Shown: piece by piece, positions 28,588 to 38,417 of the stretch
Layout: each line of letters begins with the position of its first letter
Position numbering within the stretch: position 1 is the first letter of the stretch
Assembly: GCA_025055295.1 (NCBI GenBank)
Contig: JANWWW010000002.1
Location: 1-55,454, forward strand
Origin: Deltaproteobacteria bacterium
GTDB lineage: Bacteria > Bdellovibrionota_C > UBA2361 > JANWWW01
Reading direction: 5' to 3'
Length of the DNA: 55,454 nt
Translations under genes and position numbers: made by a program
The notes under the pieces: model-generated
The model's database searches: none
The model's input: only the letters and a program-made list of their open reading frames with translations
Told to the model about the DNA's origin: nothing

Positions 28588-28950
28588 TTATCTTCGGCTT
28601 TGGGATCGTTGAAAAATTCCTGTGCGAGTTCCGAAGACATTAGAAGTTATAGAGACTGGCAACAGCGTCAATGTATCCCCTACCTCGTACCCCCTACAAA
28701 ACGTGGCTTGTGAGAGATGCGATCCTTTACATTCCTCCGTTTCAGCGTTCCAAGAGCCACCCATTACCCTACAAGATGTTCGATTACAATATGGGTCTAC
28801 ATTAAATGACCCTGAAAAGTCTGCACCGTGAACAAGGATTGTTGTTTTTGAATTTGCGCTAACTGAGTTATCCAAAATCGCTGCTAAATTTACCATTCCA
28901 AAAGATATTACACCAAGCCCTAGAGCACCTAGAACCGTAAAAATTTGCAT
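28588..28950 (-). CDS. Hypothetical exported or pilin-like protein with Cys motifs
   Basis: Hydrophobic Gly-rich N-terminal helix; C..SC...GGSW.....C motif; TATAAT 7 nt upstream of the ATG. Confidence 0.55.
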   Translation of the reverse strand: MQIFTVLGALGLGVISFGMVNLAAILDNSVSANSKTTILVHGADFSGSFNVDPYCNRTSCRVMGGSWNAETEECKGSHLSQATFCRGYEVGDTLTLLPVSITSNVFGTRTGIFQRSQSRR

Positions 28951-29129
28951 TATTTATATTATATCGCAAAATGTTCTATAAAATTTAGAAAAATTTCATC
29001 AAAATTTACAATAGTTTTAATTAAGCTCTAAGAACGTATTGCAAAAAAGTTTACAATTTAGCTAAAAAACATCATTTTTATAAAAACTTAAAAAAGCTAC
29101 TACCAAGTTTTAAGGTATTTTTTAACCCG

Positions 29130-29248
29130 TATCTATGTCAAAAATTCAGGTCTAGGACATAGTACTTAAAAAATTTAAAGGTTTTTCTCCTAGGGCATCT
29201 TTCACCTTATGATAAATTTCCCAACAAAGTGCGCCTTTCAACAACCCC
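29130..29248 (+). mobile_element. Decayed copy of the MITE-like element
   Basis: AAAAATTCAG...AAAAAATT in the left half and AAAGT.....TTTCAACAA.CCC at the right end; 119 bp. Confidence 0.55.
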
Positions 29249-29418
29249 CAAAGTAAATTCAAACCGTTAAAACTAACATTTGGCTAATCATTAACTGAAC
29301 TAGACCTTAGAATATAGGGTCCTTATGAACTCTCATGCTTACCCCTATTTCAACTTTCGTTTTTAGAACCTCCCCTCTATAACTAGCGCTTTTAAATGTT
29401 TCCCAGACACACGACTAA

Positions 29419-30495
29419 TTAACTTCTTCTCAAAAACGTTGGTATCTCGCTTGCGTCATCTGGGGTCAATGCAAATTTTCTACTCAAAAAATTAAAACCG
29501 CTATCCTGCTTCTGAGTTGGTTTTGATGTCTCTTGTGAAACAGCAGCATTTTCAACCAAGCCTGTCGCAATTACTGTAATTTTTACAGTGTCTACTAATG
29601 TCTCATCAACAACCATTCCCCAGATTATGTTTGCATCCGGATGAGCCCGAGATTGAATCATCGATGCAGCTTCAGAAACCTCTTGGAGCGTTACATCCGG
29701 CGATGCTGTGAAATTGATTAGCACTCCTTTGGCTCCGTCAATAGCAACATCTTCCAGCAACGGGCTAAAAATAGCTTTTTCGGCCGCATCAAGAGCCCTG
29801 TTTTCACCTTTGCCTTCACCTGTTCCCATCAGGGCTAACCCCATCTCTTGCATAACCGTTCTTAAATCTGCAAAGTCTACATTTACCAATCCTTCAAGAA
29901 CAATCAAATCCGATATTCCTTTAACCGCCTGATACAATACATCGTCGGCTTTTCTAAACATTTCTATCAAACTGGCATTCCTTCCCGCTATCGAAAGAAG
30001 CCTTTGGTTAGGTATCACAATTAAGGTGTCAACATAATTCTTTAGTGTTTGAAGACCCAGTTCAGCGTTTTTCATTCTCCTTTTTGCTTCAAAATTAAAC
30101 GGCTTAGTAACCACTGCCACTGTCAAAGCGCCTATTTTTTTTGCAACTTCAGCCACAACAGACGCGCCTAAGGTTCCTGTTCCTCCTCCCATTCCCGCAG
30201 TCACAAAAACCAAGTCTGCCCCCTTCAACGCTTCCTCTATCTCTTCTATCGATTCTCTAGCTGCTTCCTCGCCAACCGATGGATCTGCTCCTGCCCCTAG
30301 CCCTCTAGTTACTCCCTTACCAAGTTGTATTTTCACTTCAGCCAAACTGTTTCTTAGTTGCTGGCTGTCTGTGTTTGCTGCTATAAACTCCACTCCCTCT
30401 AAACCACTTCTTATCATATTATTAACCGCATTAACGCCAGCTCCCCCTATTCCTAATACTTTTATCACGGCCCTATTAAAAGTCTCTTCGGTCAT
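29419..30495 (-). CDS. ftsZ: Cell division protein FtsZ
   Basis: GGAGVNAVN, GLGAG, AGMGGGTGTLG, NVDFAD and the C-terminal EIPTFLR. Confidence 0.99.
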   Translation of the reverse strand: MTEETFNRAVIKVLGIGGAGVNAVNNMIRSGLEGVEFIAANTDSQQLRNSLAEVKIQLGKGVTRGLGAGADPSVGEEAARESIEEIEEALKGADLVFVTAGMGGGTGTLGASVVAEVAKKIGALTVAVVTKPFNFEAKRRMKNAELGLQTLKNYVDTLIVIPNQRLLSIAGRNASLIEMFRKADDVLYQAVKGISDLIVLEGLVNVDFADLRTVMQEMGLALMGTGEGKGENRALDAAEKAIFSPLLEDVAIDGAKGVLINFTASPDVTLQEVSEAASMIQSRAHPDANIIWGMVVDETLVDTVKITVIATGLVENAAVSQETSKPTQKQDSGFNFLSRKFALTPDDASEIPTFLRRS

Positions 30496-30503
30496 AAAAT
30501 CTT

Positions 30504-30533
30504 ATTCTATAACCATTGACAACACTAAAGCAA
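30504..30533 (-). promoter_or_regulatory. ftsZ-proximal promoter, near-leaderless
   Basis: Minus strand TTGCTT (30533-30528), 18 nt, TAGAAT (30509-30504), 8 nt, ATG; no Shine-Dalgarno. Confidence 0.5.
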
Positions 30534-30560
30534 CTTTATCAAAACTTTTTACGAACAATT

Positions 30561-31166
30561 TTAGCTTGTCAGACAAGATGATAAACTTACGAGTTTTACG
30601 CAGAAAGGGTTAACTTGATTAGTTAAATTGATAAGTGAGATAGGACCATCGCAAATAATTGTCGCAGGCTCATTTTCTTTGCGGAAAACGTCTTTGAATA
30701 ACCTGCTGATTAATTGAACATCCGGATATCCTACGTAAAATTCCATACCATTCGGCTTTGATAAAAAAAAATATTCGCCCCAGACCAAAAAACCAAAAGA
30801 CGGGAACATTTTCTGATAAAAAGTTTCTCTGATGGATATAGACTTAAGAACAAAGTCATACTCCTGAGCAAGATTAAAAAAAGAGATTTCATCGGTTTCG
30901 TCGAGTAATAGGTCTTCTAATTTTTGAATTTTTCTTACAACAAAAGAAGATTGTTCTCTGATAATTTTTTTTAGCTCGCTGAGATAAACATAAACTGGAA
31001 CGTATATCTCCAGCTTGTGCTGATCTTTAAAAGATGTTCTAAGTATGGAAAGAGTTTTACGAAAAGCCAGAAAAATGTCTTTTTGGCCTATTAAACTTAA
31101 CTCTAAACATTTCCTAAGGTTCAAAAAGATTCTCGGACTGCTTGCCGTTAAATCAATAGCTATCAT
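30561..31166 (-). CDS. Truncated, highly diverged FtsA-like protein (201 aa)
   Basis: Occupies the ftsA slot (ftsQ-like, X, ftsZ). N-terminal IAIDLTASS resembles the FtsA phosphate-1 strand (GLDIGTSK). About half the normal length. Confidence 0.4.
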   Translation of the reverse strand: MIAIDLTASSPRIFLNLRKCLELSLIGQKDIFLAFRKTLSILRTSFKDQHKLEIYVPVYVYLSELKKIIREQSSFVVRKIQKLEDLLLDETDEISFFNLAQEYDFVLKSISIRETFYQKMFPSFGFLVWGEYFFLSKPNGMEFYVGYPDVQLISRLFKDVFRKENEPATIICDGPISLINLTNQVNPFCVKLVSLSSCLTS

Positions 31167-31960
31167 TATGAAACATTCGACGTTTGGTAGATGGCAATAT
31201 CCTTAGGTAGCAGTAAAATTTGATCAATCTTCCTGAACTGACGCATATCGTTGAACATTCGCTCGATAAATTCCGCGTATCTTAAGACCTGGTTATCTTC
31301 TAGACGATCAACTTGAATTAAAGGGCCAGAACATACTTTGATCAACATGCTTTCATTTTTAATCGTTCCATGACATACCTTGCCACCCACAGATTGAATT
31401 TTCATGAAAAACTGATGAAATGCACGAAAAGATGCATGAAAATTTTCTTGCCCCACCACAACAACTTTTGGCAGGTCTAGCATAGTCGTTTGTGCGACAG
31501 CTACAAGTCTTCTTTTTTTATCGACAGCATAATCATTTGGACCAAAAGTTAAGAGGTAAAGAGGTGGCTCTAAAAAGATCTCGAAGCGAAAAACTCGCTC
31601 AGCTAAATTTATATTGAAAGAACATTTTTCTACCGTCCCAAGATTGGATATTTTTCGACAAATTGAATTTGACAAAGCTAACAAAGTCACGTTAAAAGCC
31701 GGACCGTCAATTACACGAAAAATCATCGGATTGACAATCGATAATGCGCCTCCTCCAAAGAGTTTAACTTCTCTTTCGAAACAAGCCTCGAGCAAGATAA
31801 CTAAAAATACGCTAACTATCAAAAACACAATCCAGCCTTGAGAATAAAAATTGGGGGCCAGAAATCTCTTTGGAAACTTTTTGCTCAAAAAACCGCCTGT
31901 ATTGCTCAAAAAAATTTTAATTAACCTTAAAATTTTAATTAACCTTCTAAAATTTTCCAT
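31166..31960 (-). CDS. ftsQ: Diverged FtsQ/DivIB-like protein
   Basis: Basic cytoplasmic N-terminus, one TM helix and a ~200-aa periplasmic region with a ..AVDKK motif; synteny after murB. Confidence 0.5.
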   Translation of the reverse strand: MENFRRLIKILRLIKIFLSNTGGFLSKKFPKRFLAPNFYSQGWIVFLIVSVFLVILLEACFEREVKLFGGGALSIVNPMIFRVIDGPAFNVTLLALSNSICRKISNLGTVEKCSFNINLAERVFRFEIFLEPPLYLLTFGPNDYAVDKKRRLVAVAQTTMLDLPKVVVVGQENFHASFRAFHQFFMKIQSVGGKVCHGTIKNESMLIKVCSGPLIQVDRLEDNQVLRYAEFIERMFNDMRQFRKIDQILLLPKDIAIYQTSNVS

Positions 31961-32871
31961 TCAAGTTCCAAATCAATAGCAAAATTTGTTTTTACCTTTT
32001 CCTTCGCTAATCTTATTAAATAATCAACCTCTTCGTAAGTGCCTTTTTTATGAGGATTGACAATCCAGTTAGCATGTTGCTCAGAGAACTTGCATTCGCC
32101 GTAGCTAAATCCCTTTAATCCGCATCTTTCCAAAAGCTCCCCTGCTGAACACTTTTTTTGTAAAAAAGTCTTACAGCGATCGACTGAAGGATTTTTGAAA
32201 ACAGACCCTAAGCTTGGGTAATGGAGAGGCTGTGTAAGTTTTCTGTATTCTAAGTTGTTTTTCAAGCTAATCTTTATCTTCTCAAGATCACCCTCAACAA
32301 GCTCAAAGTCTGCAGCAATCACTATGGCGCCTGCCGGAATGTAACATTTTCGGTAATCGAATTGCGGTCTGATGGTTTCAAGTCTACCTTCAAAAACGAT
32401 ATGAACACGCTTGACAATTTCTGAAACTTCATGACCGTGAGCCCCAGCATTCATGTACACTCCTCCTCCAACTGTTCCCGGAATCCCTACCGCAAATTCC
32501 AGACCAGAAAGTGAGTCCATACTTAATTTTCGGGAGACTACGTCGAGCCGGTTGGCGGCTGCAACACGAAACAAATTTGACGATATTTTGGCAATGTCCT
32601 TGAAAGTTTTGCCAAGCTGTATTATCGGCACTTTCACAAAATCTCCCCTAATGAAAGTGTTGCTTCCATTTCCAAGGACGAAAAACTGACCGGAAAACTG
32701 TTTTGAAATTAAACAAAGCTGACGAATTGTTTCCGGTAAAACCAATAAGGATACGGTACCACCTATGTTTAATGTGGTTAGATTCACTGCTAAAAAATTC
32801 TCTTTATAAGCTATTCTGTTGAAATCCAAAAAGCGCTTAAACTCTTTCAAGAATATGTCTCGCTCTTTCAT
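31939..32871 (-). CDS. murB: UDP-N-acetylenolpyruvoylglucosamine reductase
   Basis: LGNGSN, GLEFA.GIPGTVGG.V.MNAGAHG, QP..YPS.GSVFKNP, SE.HAN.IVN, L..E. Confidence 0.96.
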   Translation of the reverse strand: MKERDIFLKEFKRFLDFNRIAYKENFLAVNLTTLNIGGTVSLLVLPETIRQLCLISKQFSGQFFVLGNGSNTFIRGDFVKVPIIQLGKTFKDIAKISSNLFRVAAANRLDVVSRKLSMDSLSGLEFAVGIPGTVGGGVYMNAGAHGHEVSEIVKRVHIVFEGRLETIRPQFDYRKCYIPAGAIVIAADFELVEGDLEKIKISLKNNLEYRKLTQPLHYPSLGSVFKNPSVDRCKTFLQKKCSAGELLERCGLKGFSYGECKFSEQHANWIVNPHKKGTYEEVDYLIRLAKEKVKTNFAIDLELEWKILEG

Positions 32872-34183
32872 CTATATCGCCAGCTCCTATGACAAGATAA
32901 ATATCTCCCTCTCCACGCCCTATTTCTCGCAGAAAAATTTCTTCGAAACACGGCAAATACTCCGCCCCCGAGTAGTTGGCAAGAAGTTTTGAGAGCTCTT
33001 TAAGCTCCTCGGAATTACATGATGAATTCTGCTCGAGCGGATTATAAATGTCCAAAACGTACGCCTTAGAAACTGTTTTAAATAAGTCCTTAAACATGCT
33101 GAAGGTGATTTTAGTCCTTGATACCCTATGAGGCTGGAAAAAAATAACGATTTCCTGATAACTGTTTTTTAGCGAGTCAATTACTGCCGACACTTCAGTT
33201 GGATGATGAGCGTAATCCGAAACTATTAAGGGAGTTTTTCGCAAAACCTCCATTCTTCTGGATACACCCCGATACGATGCCAGCCGTTGCAATAAATTTC
33301 GGGGTTCGCATCCAAACTCGTAACAGACCAAAAAAGCGCATAGCGCGTTTCTGGCATAATGCTGTCCCGGGAATGGAAGAAATGCGTCAAAATTTTTACC
33401 ATCGTATTCAAAAGAAAAGTGAACTCCCTCTCTCGTGTTTACAAAACTAAATTGCGGAATAAACTTGGCTCTGGAACTGACAAGACCTATTCGATTTTCA
33501 CTGTTTGAATAAGCTAGGTAACATTTTGGGACACATAAACCCATAGAGTAAAAGCTTAAATCTAATAGAGACTCCGTTTTCCAGAATTCAAGATGTTCGA
33601 CGTCTATACTCGAAATCACAAAAATATAAGGTATCATCTTCAAAAAAGACCCGTCACTTTCATCCCCTTCAATAACCGCTAAATTCGTTTCGCGAACGAG
33701 TTTGGCATATCGGTCATAACCTAGTAATTTACCCCCTAAGTAAAAGGAACAAGCTTCTTTTGCGTTCAATAAGTGAGTTAGGATGGCGCTGATGGTAGTT
33801 TTGCCATGACTTCCTGAAACTAATATTTTCTTTTTGTCGCGGAAAAGCTCGCATACAGCTTCAAAACGATGCTTAGGTTGTATCCCGTATTGAAAAATGT
33901 CCTGCAAAAGATTTCTCGTTTGAAAAGCCGAAGAAAAAACTATTTCTTTGAATTTCTTATCTGTAATCAGCTGCATAATTTGGTCCCTTTTTAAAAATCT
34001 CGTTTCCGAATTAATATTTTTAACGGAATAAAAGGCTTTACCTTGGTCTACACAAAAATCGTTTAATTTGTCATCATAACCAAAAACCTCATAATTTAGA
34101 TCACGATATAATTCTCCAAGACCTAGCATCCCTGTACCAAGGGATCCAAGCAATAATACACCATCTTGTTTCATGGAGGACAT
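32837..34183 (-). CDS. murC: UDP-N-acetylmuramate--L-alanine ligase
   Basis: SGSHGKTT, IEGDESDGSFL, EHL, G.H...NA, GVSRR, DYAHHPTEV, FQPHR.SR, GAGDI. Confidence 0.93.
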   Translation of the reverse strand: MSSMKQDGVLLLGSLGTGMLGLGELYRDLNYEVFGYDDKLNDFCVDQGKAFYSVKNINSETRFLKRDQIMQLITDKKFKEIVFSSAFQTRNLLQDIFQYGIQPKHRFEAVCELFRDKKKILVSGSHGKTTISAILTHLLNAKEACSFYLGGKLLGYDRYAKLVRETNLAVIEGDESDGSFLKMIPYIFVISSIDVEHLEFWKTESLLDLSFYSMGLCVPKCYLAYSNSENRIGLVSSRAKFIPQFSFVNTREGVHFSFEYDGKNFDAFLPFPGQHYARNALCAFLVCYEFGCEPRNLLQRLASYRGVSRRMEVLRKTPLIVSDYAHHPTEVSAVIDSLKNSYQEIVIFFQPHRVSRTKITFSMFKDLFKTVSKAYVLDIYNPLEQNSSCNSEELKELSKLLANYSGAEYLPCFEEIFLREIGRGEGDIYLVIGAGDIDERARHILERV

Positions 34184-34226
34184 TCAGCAAATATGAGTAT
34201 AATAAAGAGTTTACACGAATGATGCT

Positions 34227-34490
34227 GTGTTTGGCATAGGGTCAGGAGAGTTATTCATTATTATTCTTGTGTCTCTTTTATTCCTCGGGCCTAAAGAGTT
34301 ACTATCCGTAGCAAAATCTTTGGGAAACTTAATGGGCAAAATTAATGCCACATTCATACGGTTTCAAAGAGAGATTAATTTGGCCCTTTACGAAGATGAA
34401 AACAAAACAGTTTTTGATCCTAAAGATATTGCAAAAGCAAAAATTGACCAAAGAATTGCAAGATTGACTGGCGACAATGGAGAAACTTAA
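34227..34490 (+). CDS. tatB: Twin-arginine translocase TatB (TatA/B family)
   Basis: MFGIG..EL.II....LL.LGP..L; directly upstream of tatC. Confidence 0.8.
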   Translation: MFGIGSGELFIIILVSLLFLGPKELLSVAKSLGNLMGKINATFIRFQREINLALYEDENKTVFDPKDIAKAKIDQRIARLTGDNGET

Positions 34491-35193
34491 AGAGTTTACC
34501 TTATTGGAACACGTTGAGGAATTAAGAAAACGCATTCTTTATTCTCTGTACTCAACCGGCATCTGCTCAGCCATCTGTTTTGTTTGGAGTGCGGAAATAT
34601 TGAGATTGATTTTAAGACCGTTTAAAGCAACTTTTAGTGACTTTGATTTAGTGGGTTTGTCTCCTGGTGAGGCGTTTACGATTAGAATCCTTCTTTCGCT
34701 TTGGTCTGGGCTTTTGACTGCCTCACCATTGGTGATTTATCAGGTATGGAAGTTTATTGAGCCCGGGCTATATTCAGCGGAAAAAAGAACTTTAACCTCA
34801 GTATTTTGGTACACGATAATTTTGTTTCTTGCTGGTGTTTGTTTTGGGTATGGGATACTGCTTCCATACTCTCTTGGATTTTTTCTAACTCAATTTGAAG
34901 TCCTTCAAATTAAACCAACAATACGTTTATCAGAGTATCTTTCACTTTTAGTTCGACTTACATTAGCTTCCGGTATCGTTTTTTTAATGCCAGTTGCTTC
35001 CTTTGTCATGGCGAGACTAGGACTTCTGACAGCTGAATTTTTAAAGGCCAACTTTAGAATAAGCGTTGTGATCATTTTCGTACTGTCAGCGATTATTACC
35101 CCGCCTGATGTTTTTACGCAGATCATTTTGGCCCTTCCAATGATACTCTTATACTTTTTGAGTATAGTAACAGCCAGAAGAGGGGAAAAATGA
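34477..35193 (+). CDS. tatC: Twin-arginine translocase TatC
   Basis: [35 protein letters not shown]. Confidence 0.97.
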   Translation: MEKLKEFTLLEHVEELRKRILYSLYSTGICSAICFVWSAEILRLILRPFKATFSDFDLVGLSPGEAFTIRILLSLWSGLLTASPLVIYQVWKFIEPGLYSAEKRTLTSVFWYTIILFLAGVCFGYGILLPYSLGFFLTQFEVLQIKPTIRLSEYLSLLVRLTLASGIVFLMPVASFVMARLGLLTAEFLKANFRISVVIIFVLSAIITPPDVFTQIILALPMILLYFLSIVTARRGEK

Positions 35194-36194
35194 TACGCCA
35201 ACCCTTAAGTGTGTCACAGCTTTGCCAAATCCTAGGTCTAGAGTATCGAGGAAGCGATTTCGTGATTTATGGTCTTTGCTCGTTAGAAAATCCAAGGCAA
35301 GACTCGCTAACTTTTAACATAAAACTCACGGAATTCAACTCATCGGTGGGTAACATTGCGGTCATTTCAAAAACTCCTTTATCTGGCTGCACATGGATAA
35401 AATCGGAAAATCCCCTGGTGGACTTCGTTCGCGCAACGAAAGAGCTGCTTGATCCAACTTATTATTTTAATGACATACTTTCGTCCGCCAATGAGAAATC
35501 CCCAACGATCTCTTCCGAAGCAAAATACAATCCAGATAAAGTGAGTTTCGGCCCAAATGTGGTAGTCTCCAAAGGGGTTGTAATAGAAGACAATGTGAAA
35601 ATAGGCGCAAATTGTTTTTTAGGGCCAAATGTTTTCTTGGGCGAAGGCACTGTGCTTCAACCTAATGTAGTGATTTTAAGGGATTGTGTTATAGGAAAAA
35701 GATGTTTCATAGGCGCTGGAACTGTAATTGGTTCAGAAGGTTTTGGATATGTATTGATCGATGGAAATTACGAAAAATTCCCCCAACTTGGAAAAGTGAT
35801 AATTGAGGATGATGTTGAAATTGGTGCAAATTGCGCAATTGACAGAGGGGCGCTGGATGATACTGTTATTGAAAAAGGGTCTAAAATAGACAATTTGGTT
35901 CAGGTAGGTCATAATGTTCGCGTAGGTCAAAATACGATTATATGCGGTCAAGTTGGGATTGGAGGCAGTTCAAAAATTGGCAGATTTTGCACACTTTCAG
36001 GACAGGTTGGGGTAGCTGATCACTCAATTATCGAAGATAAAGTTCGAGTGGGCGCAAAGTCAGGTGTAGCAGGAAGATTGTTTGAGAACTCGGATTATTT
36101 GGGATGCTTTACTGCGATTAAAGCGAACACATGGAGAAGATTCGTCGCATTTTTGCGAAGAGAGTTTAAAAAAACTGAAAAAAAGTTGCCTTAA
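35190..36194 (+). CDS. lpxD: UDP-3-O-acylglucosamine N-acyltransferase
   Basis: Hexapeptide repeats, [38 protein letters not shown]. Confidence 0.96.
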   Translation: MIRQPLSVSQLCQILGLEYRGSDFVIYGLCSLENPRQDSLTFNIKLTEFNSSVGNIAVISKTPLSGCTWIKSENPLVDFVRATKELLDPTYYFNDILSSANEKSPTISSEAKYNPDKVSFGPNVVVSKGVVIEDNVKIGANCFLGPNVFLGEGTVLQPNVVILRDCVIGKRCFIGAGTVIGSEGFGYVLIDGNYEKFPQLGKVIIEDDVEIGANCAIDRGALDDTVIEKGSKIDNLVQVGHNVRVGQNTIICGQVGIGGSSKIGRFCTLSGQVGVADHSIIEDKVRVGAKSGVAGRLFENSDYLGCFTAIKANTWRRFVAFLRREFKKTEKKLP

Positions 36195-36230
36195 AGTATA
36201 GAAATACTATAGAATTTCTATAGAACTTTT

Positions 36231-36878
36231 ATGATATTATCTATCAGTTCCCTCAAAGGGTGTGATGTTTTTTTTGCCGACCAGTTGCAGAAGAGTTCTT
36301 TTGATCTAATTTTTGAGCCGGAGAAAAAATATTCAATTGTCTTTGGAAATTTATATCAAGTCAGATTTAGAAACTTTTTGCCAGTTTATTTTATTGTATT
36401 TGTTTTAAAGCACTACCTTCAGTCTCAATCAAAGGGTTTAATTATTTTGCCAAAAGAGGACATTAATCCACTATTTATTATGGCTAATCTTAAAAGTGTT
36501 GAAACCCCCTATTTTTATGACGGTGCCTTGATTTTTGAGGATCTGAACGCGGTGCCTGAATTTTCAATTCTATTTTGTAACACTTCGCAAAAGATTAGAA
36601 AACAGACACTTTCCCTTGTAAATAAGAAGAATTTAATTGTATTTATATTAAACCGCCATAAAACAAAAGACAGCTATCTTTACAAAGCTAGTTTTAAGGT
36701 AGTTGTAAATCATTACTATGACTCTACAGGCAGAATTTCTTCAAGCTTAAGAATTGGTATCAAAGACAAAACTCTCGGCTATATTAAAGGACGGGTCAAC
36801 CTGTCCGAATACTCTCCTTGCGGAAATTCCCTTGAGGTTGAATTGAGAACTTTAAACGCATCTTTGAGATGTACTTAA
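36231..36878 (+). CDS. Degenerate RecA/ImuA-like protein (putative)
   Basis: Size (~215 aa) and coupling (10-nt overlap) directly upstream of the ImuB-like gene. No Walker A motif. The assignment rests mainly on synteny. Confidence 0.4.
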   Translation: MILSISSLKGCDVFFADQLQKSSFDLIFEPEKKYSIVFGNLYQVRFRNFLPVYFIVFVLKHYLQSQSKGLIILPKEDINPLFIMANLKSVETPYFYDGALIFEDLNAVPEFSILFCNTSQKIRKQTLSLVNKKNLIVFILNRHKTKDSYLYKASFKVVVNHYYDSTGRISSSLRIGIKDKTLGYIKGRVNLSEYSPCGNSLEVELRTLNASLRCT

Positions 36879-38314
36879 GCATTGACTCCCGGGGAATAAT
36901 ATTTAAAGAGTGTTTCGAAAAACAGTCAATTATCGTTAAGGATAACACGGTAGTCTTTTCTCATAATATTCCAACAGAATTTTTAGGTTTAGCCAAAAAA
37001 GATGTTGTTTCACGTTACCCATCTGTTTCAGTCTTTGAATTTAATCAAAGAAAACTTTTTTCGCTTATCATATCGGCAGGGAAAAAACTAAGCTACCATC
37101 TTCCGGAAATTTTTTTGATTAACATAAATCCATCATGGATTAACTTTTACACCCTACACTTGGAATTGCAATCTTTTCTTAATTATTTTGGAAGCGCTGA
37201 AAAGTTTTTGAAATTTTTAAAAGGAATTTTTTTAAAAGTTATCGGCAGACCTCTTAACTTTGTCATAGGAACCAATCCTTTTCTAAATTCCATAGCCCTT
37301 ACGACCTTGAATTTGGACTCAAAACTTCTCGAATCAAAACCAGGCGAAATCGAAAACATGATCTGCCAATTGAGTCTTAATCAATGTTTTTTCCTTAAAA
37401 ACGAAGAAAAAAGCAAACTTTTTCATTTAAGGGTTAACTCTCTTAATAAAATTTTAATATTGCTTAAGAGTAGCAAGTTTCAGAGGATTCTGTCTTCTGA
37501 AACACTTGAATTTTTGAAGAATTTCAACGCACCTCTGGAACATTACAGGATTTACCCTGAGAACTTAATCGAGTTTTCGTGTGAGAAAGAAATTTTTGAT
37601 TTTTATATTTTTTATGAGCATCTACTTGAAAATTTAGTACTTTGCAGGGAACAGCTTGAACGGCAATGTATTCAATCTTCAAAAGCTATTTTATTCTTAA
37701 AAGCGAGAGACACTCTTTTCAGAGATGTGATCGAAATTCCCAAAACTGTTAAAGAAACGAAAACAATAGCTTTTTCATTTTGTGAAAAATGCCAAAAAAA
37801 GATATGTTTTCCTATAGCCGGTTTTTACATTGTCCCTATTCAAATAAAAGCAAAAAAGTTTATTCAAAGGAAACTTTTAGGAAGTGAAATTGCCGGTATT
37901 CCCACGACTTTAAACTCTAGGATACGGAAATTTGCGACAATTCAAAGAGCTTGCCCGGAACTACGTTTTTTCCGGTCACTGAATACGGAAGACAAAGCTC
38001 AATCCTACGACCCTCTTTACTGTGATGTTCCTTCAATACTGTTTGAATTGCCGATTCCTTTGCGTGTTTTAAGTGTTCCTGGCAGACGCATATGCTATAT
38101 AATATATAGTGGGAAAAAAATTAAAATCGTGAAATGTATACCTCATTGCTTGGTTCTTCCAGAATGGTGGAACAGGAAGCTAAGCTCAATTTATTCTGAA
38201 AAAAAACTTATAGTAGCCCCAAGGCGTTATTATAAAGCTTTAACTGCTAGCGGCACACTCTTATGGCTATTTGAAGCGGATAATCAGGTTTTTCTGCATG
38301 GAGTCTGGTCATGA
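36869..38314 (+). CDS. imuB: Highly diverged ImuB-like (inactive Y-family polymerase) protein
   Basis: C-terminus EWWN...RRYYK.L..SG..LWLF.....FLHGVWS matches the ImuB C-terminal signature; no catalytic Y-family motifs at the N-terminus. Confidence 0.68.
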   Translation: MYLSIDSRGIIFKECFEKQSIIVKDNTVVFSHNIPTEFLGLAKKDVVSRYPSVSVFEFNQRKLFSLIISAGKKLSYHLPEIFLININPSWINFYTLHLELQSFLNYFGSAEKFLKFLKGIFLKVIGRPLNFVIGTNPFLNSIALTTLNLDSKLLESKPGEIENMICQLSLNQCFFLKNEEKSKLFHLRVNSLNKILILLKSSKFQRILSSETLEFLKNFNAPLEHYRIYPENLIEFSCEKEIFDFYIFYEHLLENLVLCREQLERQCIQSSKAILFLKARDTLFRDVIEIPKTVKETKTIAFSFCEKCQKKICFPIAGFYIVPIQIKAKKFIQRKLLGSEIAGIPTTLNSRIRKFATIQRACPELRFFRSLNTEDKAQSYDPLYCDVPSILFELPIPLRVLSVPGRRICYIIYSGKKIKIVKCIPHCLVLPEWWNRKLSSIYSEKKLIVAPRRYYKALTASGTLLWLFEADNQVFLHGVWS

Positions 38315-38417
38315 AATGCGACCAATTTTCTCGAAAAAAAAGAGCCGAAGGCTTATAAATATTTATTGTGTTATTAGCTTGTGTTTAATAACATCAAAAT
38401 TAAAGTAGTATTTTCAT

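Noticed and set aside
31911-31946. 18-bp tandem repeat (AAAATTTTAATTAACCTT x2) at the ftsQ-like 5' end
   Set aside because: Only two copies, in frame (LIKILR); a trivial local duplication.
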